A stretch of 64,000 nucleotides of DNA from Chloroflexota bacterium (GTDB lineage Bacteria > Chloroflexota > Dehalococcoidia > UBA2979). The notes below the pieces were generated by a model. It was not told the origin of the DNA. It ran no database searches and was given only the letters and a program-made list of their open reading frames with translations. The stretch lies in assembly GCA_045863195.1 (NCBI GenBank), contig BTUI01000009.1, positions 51,951 to 115,950 of the forward strand. The letters are read 5' to 3'. Below are positions 48,569 to 58,251 of this stretch, piece by piece; positions within the stretch are counted from its first letter, which is position 1, and every line of letters begins with the position of its first letter. The position numbers and the translations under genes were made by a program.

Positions 48569-49998
48569 CGCCCGGCAGCGATGGCCTCGGCGCGCCGCGC
48601 GATCCGTTCCGTCATACGGCCGAAGATGGCGGCGTGCACGGGGATGAGCGGGATCCAGTAGAGCAGTCCCAGGATGCCCGCCGGGTGGAAGTAGGCGGTG
48701 GTCGTCAGGCGCGATCCGCCGTCCGGCCTCGGCGTCACCTCGTACTCCAGCACGGCGGAGCCCGGCAACATCATCTCGGCGACCAGCGTGAGGCGCCGTC
48801 CCGGCTCCACACCCGCGACGCGCCACCAGTCGATGGCGTCGCCCACGCGCACCTCCGTCGGGTGCCGGCGTCCTCGGCGCATCCCCGTGCCGCCGATCAG
48901 CCGGTCGAGGATGCCGCGGGCGCGCCAGAGCGGGTTGAACGCGTACCAGCCGTTGCGCCCGCCCACGCCGGAGACCACGCCCCACAGCGCCTCTGCGCTG
49001 GCGGTGCAGTCGCGCGTCGCGCCCGCCCGTTTGGAGTAGAACGCCACGTCCGAGCGGTAGCCGCGGTAGAGCAGCGCCCCCTCCGTCCAGCGCGCCGGGA
49101 CCGCCTCCGCCCGCTCCGCCTCGATCGCCGCGGTCACCGCCTGGCGGTAGGTGTGGAGGGGGATCGGGATGAGCGCGCGGATCGCCGTGTCGTCCGCGAG
49201 CAGGTCGTGCTTCAGGCCGTCGATGAGCGGCTTCGCGATGTTCCTCGGCACGGCCGTGACGAGGTCGAGCCAGTAGGAGGAGATGCGGGGCGAGAGCACG
49301 GGGACGGGGATGATCGTCACCCGACGCCCGTTCACCTCCGCGAACTGCTTGATCATCGACTCGTACGACAGCACCTCCGGCCCGCCGACATCGAACGTGC
49401 CGCCCGCGGTGGACGGGGTGTCGAGCAGCCGCACGAGGTACGCGAGCAGGTCGCCGAGCGCGATCGGCTGCGTGCGCGAGCGTACCCAGCGGGGCGTGGT
49501 CATCACCCGCAGGTGCAGCGCCAGGTCGCGGATCACCTCGAACGCCGCGCTCCCGGCCCCCACGATGATGCCGGCGCGGATCTCGGTCACCGGGACCGGG
49601 CCGTCCCGCAGCACGTCGCCGGTCTCGGCGCGGGAGGAGAGGTGCTCGGAGGTGTCGCCGCCCGGCTGCAGCCCGCCGAGGTAGACGATCCGCTGCACGC
49701 CGGCGCGTTCCGCCGCCCGCCGGAAGTGGCGCGCAGCCTGCCGGTCCAGCCGCGCGAAGTCATGCCCCGCCGCCATGGAGTGGACCAGGTAGTACGCCAC
49801 CTCGATGCCCTCGAGCGCGGCGTCCAGCGACCCCTCGTCCTGCGCGTCCGCGGCGACGACCTCCACCCCCGCCCACCCGCGGGCGCGCAGCACCTCCGCG
49901 CGGCGCGCGCTCGCCCGCACCTCGTGCCCCGCGGCCGTGAGGTGCGGGACCAGGTGGGTGCCGATGTAGCCGCTGGCGCCGAAGACGAGCACGCGCAT
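48565..49998 (-). CDS. NAD(P)H-binding SDR/NmrA-like protein with C-terminal DUF2867 domain
   Basis: MRVLVFGASGYIGTHL Rossmann; 477 aa. Confidence 0.75.
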   Translation of the reverse strand: MRVLVFGASGYIGTHLVPHLTAAGHEVRASARRAEVLRARGWAGVEVVAADAQDEGSLDAALEGIEVAYYLVHSMAAGHDFARLDRQAARHFRRAAERAGVQRIVYLGGLQPGGDTSEHLSSRAETGDVLRDGPVPVTEIRAGIIVGAGSAAFEVIRDLALHLRVMTTPRWVRSRTQPIALGDLLAYLVRLLDTPSTAGGTFDVGGPEVLSYESMIKQFAEVNGRRVTIIPVPVLSPRISSYWLDLVTAVPRNIAKPLIDGLKHDLLADDTAIRALIPIPLHTYRQAVTAAIEAERAEAVPARWTEGALLYRGYRSDVAFYSKRAGATRDCTASAEALWGVVSGVGGRNGWYAFNPLWRARGILDRLIGGTGMRRGRRHPTEVRVGDAIDWWRVAGVEPGRRLTLVAEMMLPGSAVLEYEVTPRPDGGSRLTTTAYFHPAGILGLLYWIPLIPVHAAIFGRMTERIARRAEAIAAGR

Positions 49999-50064
49999 GG
50001 GGAGCCTCCACGTTCCAGCCTATCGCCGGTGCGACCAGGGGCGAGCGCGGAGTAGGGTGCACTC

Positions 50065-51129
50065 ATGCGCTACCTCCACCTCGCCCGTGTCCCGGCCCTG
50101 GCGCTCGCCCTGCTCCTCGTCGCGTGCGAGGCGGAGCCGTCGCGCGGCACCGCAGCGGACGCCGAGCCCTCACCGACGGTCACGCCCGCGCCCGACGGGC
50201 CAGACGGCCCCGCGTACGGCATCGCCGGGCTGGTCCCGCCGCACCACCCCGCGCCGCAGGAGGCGGACTACCTCGCCTTCTTCGAGGCGCTGGAAGGCCT
50301 CGGCGGGTGGGTCGGGACCTACGTCGCGTGGACGCCGGAGGAGGGCGTGCCGGAGGCCGTCCGCACGCAGCCGGAGGTGGGCCGGCGGTACGGCTACCGC
50401 ACGCTCCCGATCGTCGGGTTCCACCGCGATGTCGCCGGTGGCGTGGCGCTCACCGTGGACTTCGCCGACCCCGCGCAGGTGGACGCTTACACCGACGCGC
50501 TGGTCGACCTCGTGCAGACGCTCCAGCCGCCGTTCCTCGGCGTGGGGAACGAGGTCAACCGCATCTGGGAGGACGACCCCGCCGGGTACGAGGCGTGGGT
50601 GCGGGCGCTGCCCGGGATCACGGACGCGGTCCGTGCCGCCTCGCCGGACACGCGCGTCTTCGTGACGTTCCAGTACGAGTTCCTGCGCGGCGCGGGGGCG
50701 ATCTCCGGCGAGGCACGGGAGCCCCAGTGGGCGCTGCTCGATGGTGTCCGCGATGCGCTCGACCTGATCGCGTTCACGACTTACCCGTACTTCGACTTCG
50801 GGACACCCGATGCGATCCCGGCGGACTACTACGCGGAGGCCGCGGCCCGCGCGGGGACCCCCGTCGCCTTCACCGAGGTGGGGTGGCCCTCCGCGCCGCT
50901 GGCGGTCGCGACCGCCTCTCCGCTCGGCGGGACACCGGAGGAGCAGGCGGCGTTCATCGAGCGGCTGTCGTTGCTCCTCGACGGGGTCGAGCCGGCGTTC
51001 GTGATGTGGGTGTGGGCGTACGACTCGCCCGCGACGGGCCCGCTGTTCGAGTCGCTCGGCCTCTCGACGAACGATGGCACCCCGAAGCCCGCGCTGGACG
51101 CGTGGCGACGGTTCCTCGGCGTGCGGTGA
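50065..51129 (+). CDS. lipoprotein with clan GH-A (GH5-like) glycoside-hydrolase TIM barrel
   Basis: Lipobox LLLVAC. ..LGVGNEVN.. (acid/base Glu) and ..FTEVGWPS.. (nucleophile Glu) spacing. Confidence 0.5.
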   Translation: MRYLHLARVPALALALLLVACEAEPSRGTAADAEPSPTVTPAPDGPDGPAYGIAGLVPPHHPAPQEADYLAFFEALEGLGGWVGTYVAWTPEEGVPEAVRTQPEVGRRYGYRTLPIVGFHRDVAGGVALTVDFADPAQVDAYTDALVDLVQTLQPPFLGVGNEVNRIWEDDPAGYEAWVRALPGITDAVRAASPDTRVFVTFQYEFLRGAGAISGEAREPQWALLDGVRDALDLIAFTTYPYFDFGTPDAIPADYYAEAAARAGTPVAFTEVGWPSAPLAVATASPLGGTPEEQAAFIERLSLLLDGVEPAFVMWVWAYDSPATGPLFESLGLSTNDGTPKPALDAWRRFLGVR

Positions 51130-51142
51130 GGGGCTGGGCCGC

Positions 51143-52111
51143 CTAGCGGCCGCCGGCGGCGTTCTCGATGAACGCCGCGACCTTCTGCAGAATGCCGTCC
51201 AGCCCGCCGCTCTGCGTGAGCGCAGGGCCGACCGGCGGCTCGGACCACTCGCGCCCGGCCTGGTCGCGCTTGAGGGGCGTCTCGTAGCCGTCCGTGATGC
51301 CGTAGGCGCGCGCGTACATGCGCGCCCGCACCACGTGGGCGGTGACGCTCCGCGGGTCGGGCAGGTGGTTCACATCGAACTGGTGGCCGGCCACGGCGTC
51401 CGCGAGATCGGACGGGAAGTTCCAGTGCAGCGCCAGCGCGCCGCCCAGTTCCGCGTCCGTGAAGCCGAGGACGGCCCGCTGCGCTTCCGCGATCGGGAGG
51501 CCGCGCTGCTGCGCGAGGATGCGAGAGGCGGCGAGTTCGCGCGGCCGCTGCTGGTCGAGCGCGAGCCGGCCGATGTTGTGGATGATGCCGGCGGTGAACG
51601 CCTCGTCCTGGTGCAACTTCGTCGCGCGCGCCATCACCTCCGCGAGCAGGCCGACCGTCACCGAGAAGCGCCACGCTTCCACCGGGTCCAGCACCTCGCC
51701 GCCCGGCAGCGTGTCGATGACGCACGAGGCGAGCGTGGCGGAACGCACGGCCCGGAAGCCGAGCAGCACCACGGCATCGCGGACGGTGGTGATGCGCCGC
51801 GGGAACCCGTAGTAGGCGCTGTTGGAGAGCCGGAGCACCTTCGCGGTCAGCGCCTGGTCGGTGGCGATGGCCTGCGCGAGTTCATGCGCTGAGAACCGCT
51901 CGCCCTCGGCGATTTCGAGGACGCGCACGGCGACCATCGGGAGGGGGCGCAGTTCCGCCACCTCCGCGATCACCAGGTCCAGGGCCGGGTTCGGCTCCAC
52001 CGGTCGCGCTCCACTCGCCCCTCGAACGACGGCATATGTCTTGTGTTCATCATCGGCGGGGCGGGCGAGTCCACGATGGGGGGAACCCTGACAGTTCCCG
52101 CACAAGTTCAC
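51143..52111 (-). CDS. HDOD-domain signalling protein
   Basis: ..LLAEVMARATKL..AGIIHNIGRLAL.. HDOD signature; start uncertain. Confidence 0.65.
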   Translation of the reverse strand: MNLCGNCQGSPHRGLARPADDEHKTYAVVRGASGARPVEPNPALDLVIAEVAELRPLPMVAVRVLEIAEGERFSAHELAQAIATDQALTAKVLRLSNSAYYGFPRRITTVRDAVVLLGFRAVRSATLASCVIDTLPGGEVLDPVEAWRFSVTVGLLAEVMARATKLHQDEAFTAGIIHNIGRLALDQQRPRELAASRILAQQRGLPIAEAQRAVLGFTDAELGGALALHWNFPSDLADAVAGHQFDVNHLPDPRSVTAHVVRARMYARAYGITDGYETPLKRDQAGREWSEPPVGPALTQSGGLDGILQKVAAFIENAAGGR

Positions 52112-52189
52112 GTGCCGGAAATCGAGGCGTCACCGCGCCGTCATTCGCGTCCGTCAGGATGCAAATGAAGGGAGCGGACGATGACTCGA

Positions 52190-52320
52190 ATCCTCATGCG
52201 CCGGTGTGACGACTGCGACACGGCCCCGGAGTCGGTGCGCCACGCGCCCGAGGCGACCCGCTGCTCGCACGGCCGCCGGCTCCGCGTGACGGTGCGGCTG
52301 GAGCGCCCTCGCACCCGGTA
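52190..52320 (+). CDS. possible 43-aa Cys-containing mini-protein (MTRILMRRCDDCDTAPESVRHAPEATRCSHGRRLRVTVRLERPRTR)
   Basis: GGGAG lies 7 nt upstream of the ATG. Not in the ORF track (under 60 aa). Weak. Confidence 0.25.
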
Positions 52321-52414
52321 GCGCCCCGTGGTGGCGCGCCGGTCGCGCAGGCCGCATGATCGGCGCCTCCGGTGACCGGTCGGGGCGGCGCGACCGCCCG
52401 AGGGCGGGTGACGC

Positions 52415-52726
52415 GTGGCGTGGGAAGACCTGGTGCTCGCCGCGGGCGGGTTCATCATCTCGTTCGGGATCATCCCGACCATCCGCGGCCCGGTGAAGCC
52501 ACCGCTGATCACCACGCTCACGTTCGTGGGCGTGCTCACCGCCTCGTTCGTCGCGTTCGTGTCGCTCGGGCTGTGGCTGACGGCGGTGGGGATCGGCGCG
52601 CAGGCGATCCTCTGGGCGGTGATCATGGCGCAGACGCTCATGATCCGCCGCAACGCGCAGGCGCTCACCCACCCGACCGTGGCGACGCCGGACCTGGGGT
52701 TCGAGGAGTACCGGCCCGCCGACTAA
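52415..52726 (+). CDS. small 3-TM membrane protein
   Basis: GTG start with GAGGGCGGG upstream; hydrophobic. Confidence 0.4.
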   Translation: MAWEDLVLAAGGFIISFGIIPTIRGPVKPPLITTLTFVGVLTASFVAFVSLGLWLTAVGIGAQAILWAVIMAQTLMIRRNAQALTHPTVATPDLGFEEYRPAD

Positions 52727-52746
52727 CGGAGGCAGGCGGGGCCGTC

Positions 52747-52836
52747 TGGCGGAGGGGGTGGGATTCGAACCCACGGGCCCCTCGCGGGGCCGGTCGTTTT
52801 CAAGACGACTGCGTTCAACCGCTCCGCCACCCCTCC
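52747..52836 (-). tRNA. tRNA-Ser (anticodon UGA), long variable arm, CCA encoded
   Basis: Manual fold: acceptor GGAGGGG; anticodon stem GUCGU/ACGAC with loop CUUGAAA; variable-arm stem GGCCCC/GGGGCC; T-arm GUGGGUUCGAAUCCCAC. Confidence 0.8.
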
Positions 52837-52905
52837 GAGCGCCGGTGGCTCCAGCCTACGCCACGCCCTCGCCGTTCCGCACGGCCCGTGTCGCGTCGTG
52901 CCGCC

Positions 52906-54003
52906 CTAGCCCTGGCCGGTGCCGGCGGGCCTCCGCCGGATGTCGACGTAGGCCCACAGCGCGAGCGCGATCGCGAGCACCGCGAAGGTCGCGCGGATCG
53001 CGTCCGCGGCGCGCTCGCCCGCGCCCTCGGATGCGGTGGCGTCCACGTACAGGTAGAGGACATAGGCGGCGTAGAGGGCGATGAACAGCACGCCATTGAG
53101 GCGGGTGATGATGGAGCCCGTCATGAACACCGGCAGGCAGATCACCGCCACGCCGATCATCACGATGATGTCGACGTTGATCGCCGTCGCGGACACGGGG
53201 ATGCCGCCCTCCACCACCAGGCTGCTGGCGCCGACCACGGCGAGGATGTTGAAGATGTTGCTCCCAACGACGTTGCCGACGGCGATGTCGCGCTCGCCCC
53301 GGATGCTCGCGACGACCGAGGTCGCCAGTTCGGGCATCGACGTGCCTGCGGCCACCACCGTGAGCCCGATCACCAGTTCGCTCACGCCCAGCGCCTCAGC
53401 CGCTTCCGTCGCGCCGTCCACGAACCATCGTGAGCCGAGGATGAGCAGCCCGAGGCCGGCCGCGACACGGACCGCGTCGTAGGCGAGTTGCGAGGCCGAC
53501 CGGCGCTCCGCGCCGAACGCCTCGCCGTACTCGGCGGCGATCGCCTTCCCCTCGCGGCGGCTGGAGACGATCGCCCAGCCGGTGTAGGCGACGATGCCCG
53601 CGAACAGCAGCGCCCCCTCCAGCCGGCTCACCACCCCGCCGATCGACACCAGCAGGAGCGCCGCGGAGGCCGCGATCATGAGCGGCACGTCCAGGCGGAT
53701 GAGCTGGCTCGTCACCACCAGCGGCGCGACCACCGCCGAGACACCGAGGATGAACAGCACGTTGAAGATGTTGCTGCCCACCACGTTGCCGATCGCGACG
53801 TCCGCGCTTCCATCGAGCGCGGACGAGACGCTAACGGCGAACTCCGGTGCACTGGTGCCGAACGCGACGATCGTGAGCCCGACGACCAGCGGCGAGATGC
53901 CGAGCGTGGTAGCGATGCGGGACGCTCCCCGGACCAGCGCCTCCGCCCCCACCACCAGCAGCACCAGGCCGGCGACGAACAGAACCACCGTGAGCGGATC
54001 CAT
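52906..54003 (-). CDS. Ca2+/Na+ antiporter (CaCA family, YrbG-like)
   Basis: Two alpha-repeats GTSAPEF.. and GTSMPEL..; 365 aa. Confidence 0.9.
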   Translation of the reverse strand: MDPLTVVLFVAGLVLLVVGAEALVRGASRIATTLGISPLVVGLTIVAFGTSAPEFAVSVSSALDGSADVAIGNVVGSNIFNVLFILGVSAVVAPLVVTSQLIRLDVPLMIAASAALLLVSIGGVVSRLEGALLFAGIVAYTGWAIVSSRREGKAIAAEYGEAFGAERRSASQLAYDAVRVAAGLGLLILGSRWFVDGATEAAEALGVSELVIGLTVVAAGTSMPELATSVVASIRGERDIAVGNVVGSNIFNILAVVGASSLVVEGGIPVSATAINVDIIVMIGVAVICLPVFMTGSIITRLNGVLFIALYAAYVLYLYVDATASEGAGERAADAIRATFAVLAIALALWAYVDIRRRPAGTGQG

Positions 54004-54095
54004 GGGGGCGTGCGGCTTTCTCTAGAGGTGAGCAGACACGCCTATTCTCCGCCCGCGTGGAACTCCGCGCACTCGGCCTCCGGTTGCCGGGCGTG

Positions 54096-54136
54096 CTCGT
54101 GGCCCGGAGGGCGCTCAGCGCTCTCTGGGCCACGAG
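54096..54136 (-). terminator. 10-bp stem (CTCGTGGCCC/GGGCCACGAG) enclosing a second inner palindrome, 5 nt downstream of the copB stop
   Basis: Nested dyad symmetry read directly from the sequence. Confidence 0.35.
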
Positions 54137-54140
54137 CGCC

Positions 54141-56387
54141 TTACCGATCCGTGCCCGGCCGCAGGTCGAGCCGGCGGAGCAACTGGGCGTTCACGGCCAC
54201 GATGATCGTCGAAAGGCTCATGAACACCGCGCCGAGCGCCGGAGGCATGACGACCCCGGCCCAGGCCAGCGCGCCGGCCGCGAGCGGGATCGCCACCACG
54301 TTGTAGCCCGTCGCCCACGCCAGGTTCTGCACCATCTTGCGGTAGGAGGCCGCGGACAGCCGGATCACACCTACGACGGATCGCGGGTCGTCCGAGGCAA
54401 GCACGACACCCGCCGACTCGATCGCGACGTCCGTGCCCGCGCCGATCGCTAGGCCCACGTCCGCCTGTGCGAGCGCCGGCGCATCGTTGACGCCATCACC
54501 GACCATCGCCACTCGCAGACCGCGCCGCTGGAGGGCGACGACCTGCTCCGCCTTGTGCTCAGGGAGGACCTCCGCGAACACCTCGTCGATGCCGAGGTCG
54601 GCCGCGACCGCCTCCGCCACGCTGCGCGCGTCGCCGGTCACCATCGCGACCTTCACACCGAGCGCGTGGAGCGCCTCGACGGCCTCGCGCGACTTGGGGC
54701 GGACCTCGTCCTCCAGGGCGAGCGATCCGGCCACGCTGCCGTCACGCAGCAGGTAGAGCACGGTGGCACCACGGCGCTGCCACTGTGTAATCGCCGAGGC
54801 GGCACCGGCCGGGATCTCGATCGCCCGTTCGCGGAGCCGTCTCGGCCCCACGACCTCGACGTTTGCGCCCTCGACGATGCCGCGGACGCCCCGACCGGGG
54901 TCGGCGGCGAACGCCGACACCGGCGGGAGCGTGCCCGCGGCCCGGGCGCGCTCCACGATGGCGCGGGCGAGGGGGTGCTCCGATTCCGCCTCCACCGCTC
55001 CGGCGAGGCGGAGCATCCCCGCCTCGTCGCTGTCGGCTGCCCAGACCCCGGTCACCCGCGGACGGCCGAGGGTTAGTGTGCCGGTCTTGTCGAACAGCAC
55101 GATGTCCAGGCGCCGCGTCCGCTCCAGCGCCAGGCGGTCCTTCACCAGGATGCCGTTTCGCGCCGACACTTCCGTCGAGATCGCGATCACGAGCGGGATT
55201 GCAAGCCCCAGCGCATGAGGGCAGGCGATCACAAGCACCGTGACCGTGCGCGCGATCGCTTCGTCGACGTTGCCGAGGAGTGACCACGCGACGAACGTCA
55301 CGAGGCCAGCCCCAATGGCGACGTAGAAGAGCACCGCGGCCGCCCGGTCGGCGATCGCCTGCGCGCGCGAGCGTGACTGCTGCGCCTGCGCGACCAGGCG
55401 TTGGATGCCGGCGAGAGCCGTGTCGTCGCCGACCGCATCCACACGGACACGGACGGCCGAGCCGAGCGCGACCATGCCGGCAGCGACTCGGTCGCCCTGC
55501 TGGCGGAGTATCGGACGGGACTCGCCCGTGAGCATGGACTCATCGAAGTCGGCCTGTCCCGCCTCGACCGTCCCGTCCGCCGGCACCCGGCCGCCCGGCC
55601 GCACGAGCACCACGTCGCCGGCCTGCAGGTCCGCCAGCGACACGAGGCGCGTGGTGTCGCCCTCAATGCGCTCCGCCTCGTCGGGCAACAGTTCGGCGAG
55701 TGCCGCCAGCGCCCCCCGGGTCAGCCCCAGGGCGCGCATCTCCTGCCAGTGGCCGAGGAGCATCACGGTCACCAACGCCGCGAGTTCCCACCAGAAGTCG
55801 AGGTCAACCCAGCCAAACTCGTGCGCGACCGATGAGACAAACGCGACCGCGATCGCCAGCGAGATGAGCAACATCATCCCGGGCTGACGCAGCCTGACCT
55901 CGTCCCACCCGCCACGGAGGAACACCCGTCCGCCGTACAAGAACACCGCGGAGCCGAGGGCAGGTGAGACCAGTGCGTGTCCGGGCACCCGGGCGAGTGA
56001 GTATCCGAGCCAGTGCTGCACCATCTCGCTGAACGCAATGGCCGGAACCGTCAGGATCAGTGAGAGCCAGAACAGGCGTCGGAACGCCTCCGGGTCATGC
56101 CCGGCGTGCTTGTCATGCCCGCTGTGCGCGCCGTGACCGGCATGCTCCGGCTCCTGGTGGTGTTCACCGTGACTGCTGTGTGCCCCGTGAACCGGTGCCG
56201 GGTGGTGGCCGCCGTGCTCGCCGTGGCTCGCGTGCTCTGAGCTGCCAGCGGTGACGGCGGGCGCGTTCCCGGACCGTTCCGGCTCCACGTGGCAACCGCC
56301 CGATGCGGAGTGCCCATCGTGGTCGTGGGGCCCGTCACCGGTGCGGGGCGGAGCGGGATGCTTCGAGTGGTCGTGTGGCGCTGGCAT
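54141..56387 (-). CDS. copB: P1B-type heavy-metal ATPase, CopB-like (His-rich N-terminus, CPH motif)
   Basis: N-terminal H-rich metal-binding region (no CxxC HMA); TM6 IACPHALGLA; DKTGTLT; GDGVNDAPAL. Confidence 0.9.
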   Translation of the reverse strand: MPAPHDHSKHPAPPRTGDGPHDHDGHSASGGCHVEPERSGNAPAVTAGSSEHASHGEHGGHHPAPVHGAHSSHGEHHQEPEHAGHGAHSGHDKHAGHDPEAFRRLFWLSLILTVPAIAFSEMVQHWLGYSLARVPGHALVSPALGSAVFLYGGRVFLRGGWDEVRLRQPGMMLLISLAIAVAFVSSVAHEFGWVDLDFWWELAALVTVMLLGHWQEMRALGLTRGALAALAELLPDEAERIEGDTTRLVSLADLQAGDVVLVRPGGRVPADGTVEAGQADFDESMLTGESRPILRQQGDRVAAGMVALGSAVRVRVDAVGDDTALAGIQRLVAQAQQSRSRAQAIADRAAAVLFYVAIGAGLVTFVAWSLLGNVDEAIARTVTVLVIACPHALGLAIPLVIAISTEVSARNGILVKDRLALERTRRLDIVLFDKTGTLTLGRPRVTGVWAADSDEAGMLRLAGAVEAESEHPLARAIVERARAAGTLPPVSAFAADPGRGVRGIVEGANVEVVGPRRLRERAIEIPAGAASAITQWQRRGATVLYLLRDGSVAGSLALEDEVRPKSREAVEALHALGVKVAMVTGDARSVAEAVAADLGIDEVFAEVLPEHKAEQVVALQRRGLRVAMVGDGVNDAPALAQADVGLAIGAGTDVAIESAGVVLASDDPRSVVGVIRLSAASYRKMVQNLAWATGYNVVAIPLAAGALAWAGVVMPPALGAVFMSLSTIIVAVNAQLLRRLDLRPGTDR

Positions 56388-56444
56388 GCGTCGGCTCCTT
56401 TCGAGGACCTGTGTGCCTCTGTAGACGCAGCCGCCCCTACGGGA

Positions 56445-57011
56445 TTACACCGCCGGCGCCGTCTTGCAGGTGCAGTCGAGACAACCGTGGTCGGCGCAGA
56501 TGCGGCAGGTCGCCTCGAGCGACTCGCGCAGGGCGCGGCGAGCGCGGTGCCGCCGGACGTTCAGGTTGTTGACCGTCAGTCCCAACTCCCCGGCCACCTC
56601 CTGAGGCGACCGCTCATCGAGGTCGACCGCGGAGAGGACGGCGGCGTATTCGGGTCGGAGCGCCGGGAGCAGGTCCCGAAAGCACTCGCAGAGGGTGCGC
56701 TCGTCCGCTTCGGAGAGATCGGGGACGTCGTGGTTCTCCCCGAGACGCTCGGTTCGCCGCGCGTGGACGTCCTGCCGTCGGTACGTATCCACGATCGCAT
56801 TCCGGAGCACCCGGTAGAACCACGCCGCGAGCCGCTCCCCGTCCTCAATGTCTGGTGCAGATCGCAGGGCGCGCAGGAGCGCGTCCTGGAGGATGTCCTC
56901 GGCGAGGTCGGGATCCGCAATGCGGCGTCGGACGAACGCGAGGTACTGGCCGCGCGCCGCGCTGAGGGCTTCGGCGACCGGGGAGTGGGTATTGTGGTCG
57001 TGGACGGTCAC
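56445..57011 (-). CDS. ECF sigma factor with C-terminal Cys-rich extension (CorE-like)
   Basis: Sigma2/sigma4 regions followed by TLCECF...TCRICADHGCLDCTCK. GTG start. Lies directly upstream of copB on the same strand. Confidence 0.7.
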   Translation of the reverse strand: MTVHDHNTHSPVAEALSAARGQYLAFVRRRIADPDLAEDILQDALLRALRSAPDIEDGERLAAWFYRVLRNAIVDTYRRQDVHARRTERLGENHDVPDLSEADERTLCECFRDLLPALRPEYAAVLSAVDLDERSPQEVAGELGLTVNNLNVRRHRARRALRESLEATCRICADHGCLDCTCKTAPAV

Positions 57012-57052
57012 CGGTCGACCTGATCCGCTTCCGTGGCTCGCCTGGCCTCGCG

Positions 57053-57487
57053 CTACTTCTCGCGGGCGGCGGCCTGCGCGGCGGCGAGCTGCTTGCGGAG
57101 GTCTCGGAGTTCGTTGAACGTCTCCGTCGCGTCGCGCAGCACGGCCACGGCGAGGAGGCCGTGCTCCGGGTGCTGCACCATCTGCAGGGTGAACTCCACG
57201 GAGACGCGCGAACCATCCTTGCGGAGCGCCGGCACCTTCAGCATCTCGCGACGGCCATACCGGGACGGCTGCCCGTCCACCATCACCCGGTCGTAGCCCT
57301 CCCAGTGCCGCGCTCGGAGGTTCTCCGGGATGATCAGGTCCAGGCTCTGGCCCAGTGCTTCCTCGGCCGTAAAGCCGAGGACCTCGTGCGCCGCCTCGTT
57401 CCAGTAGCGGATGATCCCGTCCGCGCCGGCCCAGACGGTCGCCTCGGGCGATCCGTCCATGATCGTGCGGTAGATGTCGTCGGACAT
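57053..57487 (-). CDS. stand-alone PAS domain protein
   Basis: ..AGADGIIRYWNEAAHEVLGFTAEEALGQSLDLIIP..; 144 aa. Confidence 0.75.
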   Translation of the reverse strand: MSDDIYRTIMDGSPEATVWAGADGIIRYWNEAAHEVLGFTAEEALGQSLDLIIPENLRARHWEGYDRVMVDGQPSRYGRREMLKVPALRKDGSRVSVEFTLQMVQHPEHGLLAVAVLRDATETFNELRDLRKQLAAAQAAAREK

Positions 57488-57547
57488 GGCGCGCTCCCTC
57501 CGTGCCCGGCCAGCCTACGCCACGAGGCAACTCGCCTGGGCGAGGGG

Positions 57548-58213
57548 CTAGTGGGTGAACGCGCCGTAGTGGTAGGCGTTGCACACGCCACACAGGCCGT
57601 GGCTCGTGTTCGCCGGTGAGATGTGGACCCATCGAGGGACCCAGTCCCACCGCTCGACCTCGGATTCCCCGCGCTGGAACCGCACCCGCCGGCAGTGCGC
57701 GCACTGGATCACCTGTCCGTGCTCGTTCCGGTACGCCTCCTCCACCTGCGGTGGGACCTCCACCGCCGCGCCTGGCGGCGACTCGCAGGCCGCGAGCAGG
57801 GAGTTCACGACCAGGACGCCGCGTCCGTCCAGCAGGCCGTACACGGTCATGCGGAAGATGCGCGTGACGGTCGGACTGGAGCATTCGTACGTGTGCGACC
57901 AGGGCTGGCCGGACTCGCGGGCCCACTCCATGCCCTCCCGGTAGAAGCGGTCGAGGACGGGAGGGATCGCCCGCCAGAGGTTCGACTCGAGCGCGCCTTC
58001 CTCGCCAAGGTCGGGGTCGCCGTTCTCCCGAGCGAAGGTGCGCCACGCCTCGTTGACGTAGCCCAGGCGTCCATCCGACCAGGCGCCGTAGATCACGTTG
58101 GCGGAGCGGTCCAGGTCGTCCAGGTCGAACGCCGCGAGGAGCGGTGCGAACTCAGGGTCGAGGTGCATCGGGCCGCCTCCATGCCGCATGACACGCCCGT
58201 CCGGCGTCACCAT
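57548..58213 (-). CDS. PAS-like protein with C-terminal CxxC...CxxC zinc ribbon
   Basis: ..NVIYGAWSDGRLGYVNEAWRTF.. PAS-like block; CAHCRRV...CGVC. Confidence 0.45.
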   Translation of the reverse strand: MVTPDGRVMRHGGGPMHLDPEFAPLLAAFDLDDLDRSANVIYGAWSDGRLGYVNEAWRTFARENGDPDLGEEGALESNLWRAIPPVLDRFYREGMEWARESGQPWSHTYECSSPTVTRIFRMTVYGLLDGRGVLVVNSLLAACESPPGAAVEVPPQVEEAYRNEHGQVIQCAHCRRVRFQRGESEVERWDWVPRWVHISPANTSHGLCGVCNAYHYGAFTH

Positions 58214-58251
58214 AGCGGCCGGATGGGGAGGTGGCACATGATTCGAGGCGG

